The position numbers and the translations under genes were made by a program. The notes beneath the pieces are model-generated. The model was given only the letters and a program-made list of their open reading frames with translations, made no database searches and had not been told where the DNA came from. A DNA stretch of 64,000 bases from NCBI GenBank assembly GCA_963706445.1, contig OY970160.1, forward strand, positions 448,001 through 512,000, given 5' to 3'. Shown here piece after piece: positions 56,855-64,000 of this stretch. Each line of letters starts with the position of its first letter. The stretch's first letter is position 1. Source of the DNA: an uncultured Nitrososphaerales archaeon (GTDB lineage Archaea > Thermoproteota > Nitrososphaeria > Nitrososphaerales > Gagatemarchaeaceae).

Positions 56855-58222
56855 TCAGGAGGGCAGGGGGATGGGTTTCCCCTTCACCGGGACCGTCGGG
56901 CTCGATTCTCCTTTCACGAAATCCATGAAGAGCTCAGGGTGCTCAGTGTGGATGGGTACGACCTTCTTTGCCGCTATCCCCTTTACAAGAAACCTGACTT
57001 CCGGACCTGGGGCGTGCCCTGACGCGTGGATCTGCGAATAGCTGAACCCGACATGGTCGACCCAGTTGCGTATCAGTGCCTCCTCCCTCTCCCCTTCTTC
57101 GTTGAAAGCCTCCGTCGCCGCGTGGATGTACGTCCCTCCTCTTTGGGGTCTGATGTCGATAAGCTCTGGGAAATTGAGTGCTTCTAAGTGTAGGAACGTC
57201 ATCTTCTGCTTTTCTCTGACATCTTTGGCGTTCATTCCGTATTGTAGGAAGGGCCTCTCCCACTTGTAGTAGTCGGAGTCGTCGAACTTGCCTGTCTTCT
57301 TCCTCCTGACGTAAACGTCGACGTCCTTCCCAACCCTGGGGACTTTCAGCTTCTTGTCCGACTTCAATTTCTCGAGCAGGATTGCTATCCTCATCGAGAC
57401 GACCAGCCTCCGGTCCGACTCGAGGCACGCATCATAGAACGTATTGACCCTGTCGACGTCGTTCCCCCTGAACGTCGAGAATACAAGCGCCTTCGACCTC
57501 TTGACCAGCTTCGAAGCTTCGTCTTGGACGTCCTTCTCGCTCATGTTTCCCGTCGCGTCTATTCCGGGAGCTACCCTGGTCCCTTCGCTCAGCAGCAGTC
57601 GTGGCCTCTCGTTCTTCGCCGCCGCCATGAAATCATTGGTCATCGAGCCGACCCGCCCGTGGAAGCGGAAGTCCCCGGTGTAAGCCATGGCCCCTCCGCT
57701 CGTGTGGATGACGAAGCCGTAGGCCCCAGGGATCGAATGGTCCACGTGCACCGGGAGGAACTCTAGAGGTCCAATGCGGAACTTGTCCCCGGTCCTGAAC
57801 CTCCTAAGGGGATGGTCGTCCAGGGGAGAGCCCGTCGAGTCGCTGTAGGCCTCGTGTATGAGCGCCGTCGTCTCGCCGCAGTAGACGGGGATCTTGGGGT
57901 CGACCAGCCCGATCCTCCCCGTGTGGTCGTAGTGGTAGTGAGAGAGGACGACCGCGTCGACCTCCGGCTCCACGTACTTCAGCGGGGTGTTCTGCAGCGC
58001 CTTCTCGGAATAGAGGCCAGGCATCTCAGGGAGGAGCCCGAACTCGAAGAGGTCACCGGCCCCGTTTACACCCCTTGGCTCTATGCTCGAATCGAAGTAG
58101 TCGGCACCGTCTGAAAAGCCAGTCCCGAAGTCAAGAAGCACCTTCGCTCCCTTGTCCTCTAGGAGGAACTTGTTCCCCCCTATCTCGCCGACTCCGCCGT
58201 AGCAGGTCACCCTGGGCGGCAA
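56855..58222 (-). CDS. Metallo-beta-lactamase/beta-CASP ribonuclease (RNase J / aCPSF2-like)
   Basis: GG..EIGGN, SH.H.DH, DHS, GDFR.HG, HASGH and PIHTE. Confidence 0.87.
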   Translation of the reverse strand: MPPRVTCYGGVGEIGGNKFLLEDKGAKVLLDFGTGFSDGADYFDSSIEPRGVNGAGDLFEFGLLPEMPGLYSEKALQNTPLKYVEPEVDAVVLSHYHYDHTGRIGLVDPKIPVYCGETTALIHEAYSDSTGSPLDDHPLRRFRTGDKFRIGPLEFLPVHVDHSIPGAYGFVIHTSGGAMAYTGDFRFHGRVGSMTNDFMAAAKNERPRLLLSEGTRVAPGIDATGNMSEKDVQDEASKLVKRSKALVFSTFRGNDVDRVNTFYDACLESDRRLVVSMRIAILLEKLKSDKKLKVPRVGKDVDVYVRRKKTGKFDDSDYYKWERPFLQYGMNAKDVREKQKMTFLHLEALNFPELIDIRPQRGGTYIHAATEAFNEEGEREEALIRNWVDHVGFSYSQIHASGHAPGPEVRFLVKGIAAKKVVPIHTEHPELFMDFVKGESSPTVPVKGKPIPLPS

Positions 58223-58313
58223 CCCGTTTCCGTGACCTCACACTCTACTTAACGATTCCAAAGTCTGAACTCCGACAACGGATAAATACGAACTTTGGTC
58301 AACGCGCGGCACG

Positions 58314-58442
58314 TTGTTTCCTCACCTGCCGGTGCTTCAGGCGGGGGGTTCCGACACTTTCACCGCAGTAGCCATCCTCGTGATCGCCCTGGGGTTCGTC
58401 GGGCTCGCGATTCTGATCCTATTCTCAAAGAAGAAGATCTAG
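58314..58442 (+). CDS. Small (42 aa) single-pass membrane protein, not in the ORF track
   Basis: TTG..TAG encodes MFPHLPVLQAGGSDTFTAVAILVIALGFVGLAILILFSKKKI; GATAAATA lies 26 nt upstream and the stop is 6 nt before the HAD ATG. Confidence 0.72.
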   Translation: MFPHLPVLQAGGSDTFTAVAILVIALGFVGLAILILFSKKKI

Positions 58443-58448
58443 CCGGCC

Positions 58449-59114
58449 ATGGTCGTCGCTGCCATCTTCGACCTAGACGGCACCCTTGTGACCTTCAAAT
58501 TCGACGTCCAGGGAACGAGGCGAGCAATTATTCGTCTGTTCGAATCCCAAGCCGTCGACACCGCAGGACTGGGTCTGAACACTCCGACCCAGGAGATGCT
58601 CGACACAGCGAAGGCGAGGTTGCAGCCCGGGGACCAGGGGGCCTACGCCGCCCTCAGGGCGAAGGTCTTCTCGATCCTCGACGACTTTGAGGAGCAGAGC
58701 GTCCCTTCTACTTCGGTGCTCCCCAGGACGCGAGAGATCCTCGTGGGGCTCAAGGCGACTGGGGTCCGCATCGCGGTCCTGACGAACGGCGGTCGGAGGT
58801 CTGCCATCCAATCGTTGGGACGAGCTGGCCTGGAGGACCTGTTCGAGTTCGTCCTCACCCGCAACGAGACTGAAGTAATGAAGCCCAGACCAGAGGGGGT
58901 GGTGATGGCGGTCGAGAGGCTCTCCGTGCCGAGGGAGTCTGTCTACTACGTCGGCGACAGCCCGTTTGATATCATGGCGGCCAGGGGGGCCGGTGTGAAG
59001 ATCGTTTCGGTGGCCACCGGGAACTACTCGGCCGACCGGCTGAAGGCCGACGGGGCAGACTTCGTGATCCACGGCCTTTCAGAATTGGAGAATGTCCTGG
59101 AGGCGGGGCGTTGA
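58449..59114 (+). CDS. HAD-family hydrolase (phosphoglycolate phosphatase-like)
   Basis: FDLDGTL, LTN, KP.P and VGDS..D. Confidence 0.9.
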   Translation: MVVAAIFDLDGTLVTFKFDVQGTRRAIIRLFESQAVDTAGLGLNTPTQEMLDTAKARLQPGDQGAYAALRAKVFSILDDFEEQSVPSTSVLPRTREILVGLKATGVRIAVLTNGGRRSAIQSLGRAGLEDLFEFVLTRNETEVMKPRPEGVVMAVERLSVPRESVYYVGDSPFDIMAARGAGVKIVSVATGNYSADRLKADGADFVIHGLSELENVLEAGR

Positions 59115-61132
59115 CGCCGGCGGAGCTGACTCCCAGAGAGACCGGAGTACTGAAGTCAATATGCGACGCCCTGTTCCCACCGATTCAGGATGGTTCAGAG
59201 TTCTACCGCCGGAGCGGCTCCGACCTCGGTGTGCACGCGATGCTCGCCGACGCAATTGTCAACTCCCTCCAGCCGGCGAACGCCAGAGACTTCCGCAGGA
59301 TCCTGGCGGTCTTCGAAAGCCCACTTTACAATCTCGCACTATCCGGCAGACCAGTCAGTTTCAGTTCCCTGCGCCCTTCCGAGAGGGAGAGGTACCTTCA
59401 GGCCTGGCGCGACAGCCCGATCGCCCTGAAGCGGACCGCCTTCCAGGCCCTCAAGAGGCTCGTGCTCTTCCTTGCGTACGCGTCGATAGGCCCAGAAGGA
59501 AAGAATCCCAACTGGGAAGCCATCGGGTATCCCGGCCCTCACAGCCGGCCCCCCATCCCCATCCCTGAAGCCACTCGGCTGAGGCCTCTGACCTTTGACG
59601 CTGACACGAAGACGAGCTGCGACGTCGTGGTCGTCGGGCCTGGGGCCGGAGGGAGCGTCATCGCTGATGAGCTGGCGCGCGCCGGCTACAAGGTCTTGGT
59701 CCTCGAAGCCGGCCCCTACGAGACTTCGGAGACCTTCAAGCAGAATGAGATGAGGATGATGCAGAAGCTCTTCCAGCAGAGTGGGACCGCGGCCACGAAA
59801 GACCTCTCGTTCGTCTTGCTCGCTGGAAGGGGTGCGGGGGGAGGGACCACGGTGAACTGGAACACCTGTCTGAAGCCGCCTGCAAGGATTCTCACTGAGT
59901 GGCAGGCCGAGTACGGCATCGAAGGAGTCGCGGGTCAGGTCTTCGACGGATACCTCGCAGAAGTCTGGGAAAAGATGGAGGTGAACTCCTTGGAGAGCCA
60001 GAGAAACGGCAACAACGGAGTCCTCTGGGACGGGTGTAAGAGTCTAGGTTACAAGGAAGGCACCGACTACCACACCATCGAAAGGAACGCGGTCGGATGC
60101 GAGCAGAGGTGTGACTACTGCACCTACGGCTGCATCTACGCTGCGAAAAGGTCGACAGCCATGAACTACCTTCCCTCTGCCCAGAGCAACGGCGCGGCCT
60201 TCGTCTTCGACGCGAGGGTGGAGCAGGTCTTGATCGAAAAAGGGGTCGCCAGGGGGGTGGTGGCAGCCTGCCGTTCCGGTGCCAGGAATGTTAGATTGGA
60301 AGTGTCCGCACGGGTGGTCGTCGTCGCCGCAGGGGGGATCGAGACCCCGGCGCTCATCCTAAGATCAGGGGTGGACGACAAGAACGTCGGAAACTTCCTC
60401 CGCCTGGACCCCACCGTGGCCGTCGGGGGCATATTCGAGAAGCCCATCAACCCCTGGCAGGGGCCCCCGCAGACCGTCGCAGTCTGGAAATTCATCGACC
60501 TGGACGGGAGCTACCACGGCTTCTGGATCGAGGCGGCCCCTGCCCACCCGGGCCTCTTCGCCCTCTCCATCCCCTGGGTCAGCGGGAGGCAACACAAGGA
60601 CTTCATGAAAGAATACTACTCCCGTTCATCTGCCTCCATCGTACTCCTTCGTGAAAGGAGCTATGGAAGGGTCTCCGTCGACAAGGACGGATACCCCTCA
60701 GTGACCTATGACCTCAACTCCGTGGACAGGAGCACCCTGGTCAGGGGGATGGAGGAGACCGCCAAGATACTCGCCGCCGCGGGGGCCACGGGGGTCTGGA
60801 CGACCCACAACGATCAGGTCTTCGCCGGGGATGGAAAGTCAAGGATCGGATCCACAGAGCTCGACGCCTTCTCCGCTACGCTCCGGGCCAAGGGTGTCAA
60901 TTACAACCGGGTGATGCTCTACAGCGCCCACCTGATGGGGTCCTGCAGGATGAGCTCAGACCCACGGACGGGCCCTACGGCGCCGACGGGGGAGCTCCAC
61001 TCCGTCAAGAACCTGTACGTGGGGGACGCTTGTGTCTTTCCCACCACTCCGGCCGTCAATCCGATGATCACCATCATGGCCATGTCGAGGAGGACGGCAG
61101 AATCCATAAAGGCCTCCCTTGCTGGCCACTGA
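59111..61132 (+). CDS. GMC flavo-oxidoreductase, long-chain fatty alcohol oxidase-like, with N-terminal accessory domain
   Basis: G.GAGG, GGGT.VN, C...C..C..GC, SAHLMGSC and D...FPT....NP. Confidence 0.85.
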   Translation: MTPAELTPRETGVLKSICDALFPPIQDGSEFYRRSGSDLGVHAMLADAIVNSLQPANARDFRRILAVFESPLYNLALSGRPVSFSSLRPSERERYLQAWRDSPIALKRTAFQALKRLVLFLAYASIGPEGKNPNWEAIGYPGPHSRPPIPIPEATRLRPLTFDADTKTSCDVVVVGPGAGGSVIADELARAGYKVLVLEAGPYETSETFKQNEMRMMQKLFQQSGTAATKDLSFVLLAGRGAGGGTTVNWNTCLKPPARILTEWQAEYGIEGVAGQVFDGYLAEVWEKMEVNSLESQRNGNNGVLWDGCKSLGYKEGTDYHTIERNAVGCEQRCDYCTYGCIYAAKRSTAMNYLPSAQSNGAAFVFDARVEQVLIEKGVARGVVAACRSGARNVRLEVSARVVVVAAGGIETPALILRSGVDDKNVGNFLRLDPTVAVGGIFEKPINPWQGPPQTVAVWKFIDLDGSYHGFWIEAAPAHPGLFALSIPWVSGRQHKDFMKEYYSRSSASIVLLRERSYGRVSVDKDGYPSVTYDLNSVDRSTLVRGMEETAKILAAAGATGVWTTHNDQVFAGDGKSRIGSTELDAFSATLRAKGVNYNRVMLYSAHLMGSCRMSSDPRTGPTAPTGELHSVKNLYVGDACVFPTTPAVNPMITIMAMSRRTAESIKASLAGH

Positions 61133-61141
61133 CTGTCCTTC

Positions 61142-61501
61142 ATGAGCTCAAAGAATAATCGTCCGCCGTTCTATATCGTCGGCCTCCCTGAGGAGGCCAT
61201 CGAGGCCGGAGAAGCGCAGATGAAGTTCGAGAAACTCTCCGCCGAGCTGAGCAAGGTCTATCCCTCCATCGAAGAGATCAGGGCGGTGGTGAAGTCGAGG
61301 AAGCCAGGCAAGACCCACGCGAGATATGAGGTCTCCGTCGAAATCTACACGCCGAAGGAAAGGCACGCTTTCTCAGGGAACGGGTACAACATAGCTGAGG
61401 TTTTCGACTCCTTGGGCCCGAAGATGAAGAGGCTCCTTTCATCAAGGCAGTCGAAGGTGACCTCGACCCACGGCGACTCTCGTCGAAAGACCGCTGAATA
61501 A
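61142..61501 (+). CDS. Stand-alone HPF/RaiA-like (ribosome hibernation) domain protein
   Basis: Beta-alpha-beta-beta-beta-alpha pattern: YIVGL, KFEKL, I...VK, RYEV.V.I.TP, G.....FD......R; basic C-terminus. Confidence 0.55.
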   Translation: MSSKNNRPPFYIVGLPEEAIEAGEAQMKFEKLSAELSKVYPSIEEIRAVVKSRKPGKTHARYEVSVEIYTPKERHAFSGNGYNIAEVFDSLGPKMKRLLSSRQSKVTSTHGDSRRKTAE

Positions 61502-61503
61502 CT

Positions 61504-63996
61504 TCAGGACGCAGCCCGTGCGAGCCTGCGGTTCTCTTCCTTGAGCTCCTCGACCTCTGCCTTCAGCTTAGCGAGGGAAGCAGACCGCTCCATGGTGGCC
61601 GAAAGGTCATAGTACACCTCCAGGGCCTGCCGCTTTAGTCCAGGAATCCGGTCCTTCTTCGAGACTTCCGCTAAGGTGTCGGCGAGCCGGAGGTCGGCCA
61701 ACTCTCTCGCGACGGCGGAGATTAGGTATTGCCTCACCCTGAACTCCTTGTCATGCAGAATCATGTCCTTGAGGATCGGGAGCTCATCATCATCAATGTG
61801 CCCCTTCGCCTTTATTCCCTTCAGCGCTCCTATCCTCGCCCTGGTGGGCTTGCCGTAGGCAAGGTTCTCTTTGATGATCTCCTTCGCCTCCCCGTCCTTG
61901 AGCTTCCCCATCGCCTCGAGGCAAGCCTCTGTGAGCGTCTCGTTGACCGTATGGACCCCCATGGCCTTCCTCAACAGAGGGAGCGCGCCGTCCGGCATCG
62001 ATTTCGCCAAGGCCAGCGCAGCTTCGCACCTGACGTATGGGCTCTGATCCACCTCCAGGAGGCTTACAAGGATCTTCTGGGCCTTCTCGTCCTTGAAGTT
62101 CCCGAGGGCCTTCGCCAGCGCCCTCCTGACTTTCCTGTTGGACGGCAGTCCCATGCTTAGAAGCGCTTCGAGAGCGCCGTCGCTCCCGACCTCTCCCAAG
62201 GCCCTCAGGGCGCACGCCCTTACGTCCCAGAACTGCTCCTTTGATGCCGCAGTTTTCAGGGCTTCTACGACCCTGTCCGACGCCGTCTTGCCAAGGGCCA
62301 TGGCCGCTTCGGCCCTGCTGAATGCGTCCTGGCTCTGCGCAAGCTGGTTCTGGAGCAGGTCGATGGTCTTCTCGAACTTCACTTTCTTCAGGAGCCACTT
62401 CTGAGGGTCGAACTCTACCACCGACGGCTTCGAATCGAGGGTGAACACGAGAGTCTGGTCGGGGGAGTCCAGCCAGGTTCTGAACTTCCCGCGTTTTCCG
62501 TCCACATAGAATACGATGTCGCAGGGGAGCTTGAACACCGGCGTCCCGTCCCCGGTCTCCTGCGCCTGCTTGACCCTCAGAGTCGCGGTCTTTGCCCCGT
62601 CGTCCCAGGCGTACTCCACCCTGAACTCGGGGAACCCCGGCCTGTAGAATGCCTGCTCGAAGAACTCTTCCAGTGGGACCCCCGACGCCCTCTCCATGGA
62701 CTTCCTGAAGTCGTCGGTGTCCGCAGGCCCTTTCGCGTGAGCGTTCAGGAATCCGTTGACCCCTTTGAAGAAGCTCTCGTCACCCAGGACGAACCTGAGC
62801 TCGTGGAGCATCGCCGCCCCTTTTCTGTATGTGGTGTGGTCGAAGACGTCGTGGGGCCACACGTATTCCCTCTCGACAATGGGCCGCCTGTACTGGGACT
62901 CGTCCTCGTCGAAGTACTCTGACTCCCTGGCGCGCATCTCCCATCTCATCTCGTCAGCCCCCCTGCTCTGCTCGATGTACAGGGACTGGAGGTAGGTGGC
63001 CCAGCCCTCGTTGACCCAGGCGTGACACCAGTCTGAGCAGGTCACGTAGTCCCCGAACCACTGGTGGGCCAGCTCGTGGGCCACGAGGTTCACCGCCGTC
63101 TGCCACGGGGCTGCGTAGGACGGGCTGAAGTCCTCCTCGGAGCTCGCATCAGGGTAGTAGTTCATGGCGAGGGTTGTGGCGTTGAGGTTCTCCTCTCCGC
63201 CAGCCACGAAATCCTGGACGGTGGTCTGGTCGTACTTCTCGTATGGGTATTTGACCCCGGTAAGCCTGTTGAAGACCTCCATCATCTTCGGGGTCTCCCC
63301 GAAGTATCTGAGAACATCCTCCATCTTCGACTCGGGGAAGTTGTAGCGGAGCTTGACCCCCTCCGCATCCTGGGTTAGCTCCCCGAACTTCCCGGCAACG
63401 AAGGACGTCAGGTATGCGGAATGGGGAACTTCCTCTTTCCAATGGTAGGTGACCCCGTCCTCTCCTACCTCTGTCGAAAGCAGCTTACCGTTTGAGATCA
63501 CCCTGAACTCTTTCGGAACCGTGATGACCAATTCGCTGGTGGACTTTGCGCTTGGATGGTCATGGCATGGGTACCAGAAACAGGATGCCTCGGGCTCGCA
63601 GTGGGTCCAGGCCTGGACTTCCTTCTCGGGGTGCTCCCTGTCCGGCGAAGTGAAGTAGATTCCTTCCCGCGGGGTGGCTTTGTATCCGACCCTGATCTCG
63701 TGCTTTGACCCCCCCGGCGACAGAGGAAGTGTAAGTGTCCTGTTATCGTACTCGAAGGCTACCTCGCTCCCGTCGACCTCGCAGCTGCTGATGTCCATCT
63801 CGCAGGCATCGAGGTGAGCCCACCTCAGGTCCTCCCTGACCGGTTCGATGCTCAGGGTGCAAGAGCCTGATATCCCCTTCTTTTCGAAGTCGATTCCAAC
63901 TTCGACCTTGATGTGGGACGTGTGGAACTCAAGTGGAGGAGGGTAATGTGGCCTAGACTCCGGCAGGTGGAACGACTTGTGCGCCCCCGCTACCAT
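61504..63996 (-). CDS. M1-family aminopeptidase with C-terminal HEAT repeats and coiled coil
   Basis: HELAHQWFG..W.NEG, Y.KG and GGEEN variant; HEAT repeats; heptad tail. Confidence 0.92.
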   Translation of the reverse strand: MVAGAHKSFHLPESRPHYPPPLEFHTSHIKVEVGIDFEKKGISGSCTLSIEPVREDLRWAHLDACEMDISSCEVDGSEVAFEYDNRTLTLPLSPGGSKHEIRVGYKATPREGIYFTSPDREHPEKEVQAWTHCEPEASCFWYPCHDHPSAKSTSELVITVPKEFRVISNGKLLSTEVGEDGVTYHWKEEVPHSAYLTSFVAGKFGELTQDAEGVKLRYNFPESKMEDVLRYFGETPKMMEVFNRLTGVKYPYEKYDQTTVQDFVAGGEENLNATTLAMNYYPDASSEEDFSPSYAAPWQTAVNLVAHELAHQWFGDYVTCSDWCHAWVNEGWATYLQSLYIEQSRGADEMRWEMRARESEYFDEDESQYRRPIVEREYVWPHDVFDHTTYRKGAAMLHELRFVLGDESFFKGVNGFLNAHAKGPADTDDFRKSMERASGVPLEEFFEQAFYRPGFPEFRVEYAWDDGAKTATLRVKQAQETGDGTPVFKLPCDIVFYVDGKRGKFRTWLDSPDQTLVFTLDSKPSVVEFDPQKWLLKKVKFEKTIDLLQNQLAQSQDAFSRAEAAMALGKTASDRVVEALKTAASKEQFWDVRACALRALGEVGSDGALEALLSMGLPSNRKVRRALAKALGNFKDEKAQKILVSLLEVDQSPYVRCEAALALAKSMPDGALPLLRKAMGVHTVNETLTEACLEAMGKLKDGEAKEIIKENLAYGKPTRARIGALKGIKAKGHIDDDELPILKDMILHDKEFRVRQYLISAVARELADLRLADTLAEVSKKDRIPGLKRQALEVYYDLSATMERSASLAKLKAEVEELKEENRRLARAAS

Positions 63997-64000
63997 GCAT

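Noticed and set aside
52577-58301. Identical 11-mer AACTTTGGTCA in two divergent promoter regions (52577-52587 and 58291-58301)
   Set aside because: About one such match is expected by chance in this amount of intergenic DNA, and its position relative to the TATA elements differs
58300-58445. GC-rich stretch containing GGTTC motifs that suggested a tRNA
   Set aside because: No cloverleaf could be built; it is better explained as the 42-aa membrane ORF
58295-58690. 131-aa ORF in the track
   Set aside because: Arg-rich frame-shifted shadow overlapping the small membrane ORF and the HAD gene
1-64000. CRISPR arrays, transposases, integrases, inteins, defence systems, rRNA/tRNA
   Set aside because: No periodic repeats or diagnostic motifs were seen; intergenic gaps are mostly too short and the genes are of normal length

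Overview
Gene-dense, GC-rich archaeal chromosomal window. The archaeal-type TyrRS, RadA, Sm protein, archaeal MAT, Rio2, DUF373-uppS and Rqc2/NEMF identify it as archaeal. The gene content suggests a heterotrophic, probably aerobic TACK lineage such as non-ammonia-oxidising Nitrososphaerota, but that assignment is an inference. About 63 CDS are present; I found no rRNA, tRNA, CRISPR or mobile element. The main blocks are: (1) heme O/A synthesis next to a CuA-like cupredoxin and two tandem ZIP transporters; (2) tRNA/translation genes and radA; (3) a large glycosylated surface protein; (4) a ~17 kb acyl-CoA / branched-chain amino-acid catabolic region with ETF and a membrane Fe-S oxidoreductase; (5) RNA/ribosome quality-control genes; (6) a ThiR-like regulator divergent from an ECF S-component and a PurM/HypE-fold enzyme; (7) a TrpY-like regulator divergent from trpB2 with a TRP-box pair; (8) tldDE, a beta-CASP RNase, a sORF-HAD-GMC oxidase-HPF-like operon, and an M1 peptidase. 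The most notable candidates are the ZIP-ZIP-cupredoxin metal-uptake module, an eL22-like ribosomal protein, an EMC6/Rab5ip-like gene overlapping rqc2 head-to-head, two regulator divergons with visible operators, a stand-alone HPF-like domain and an unlisted 42-aa membrane peptide. All family calls come from motif recognition by eye; no searches were run.
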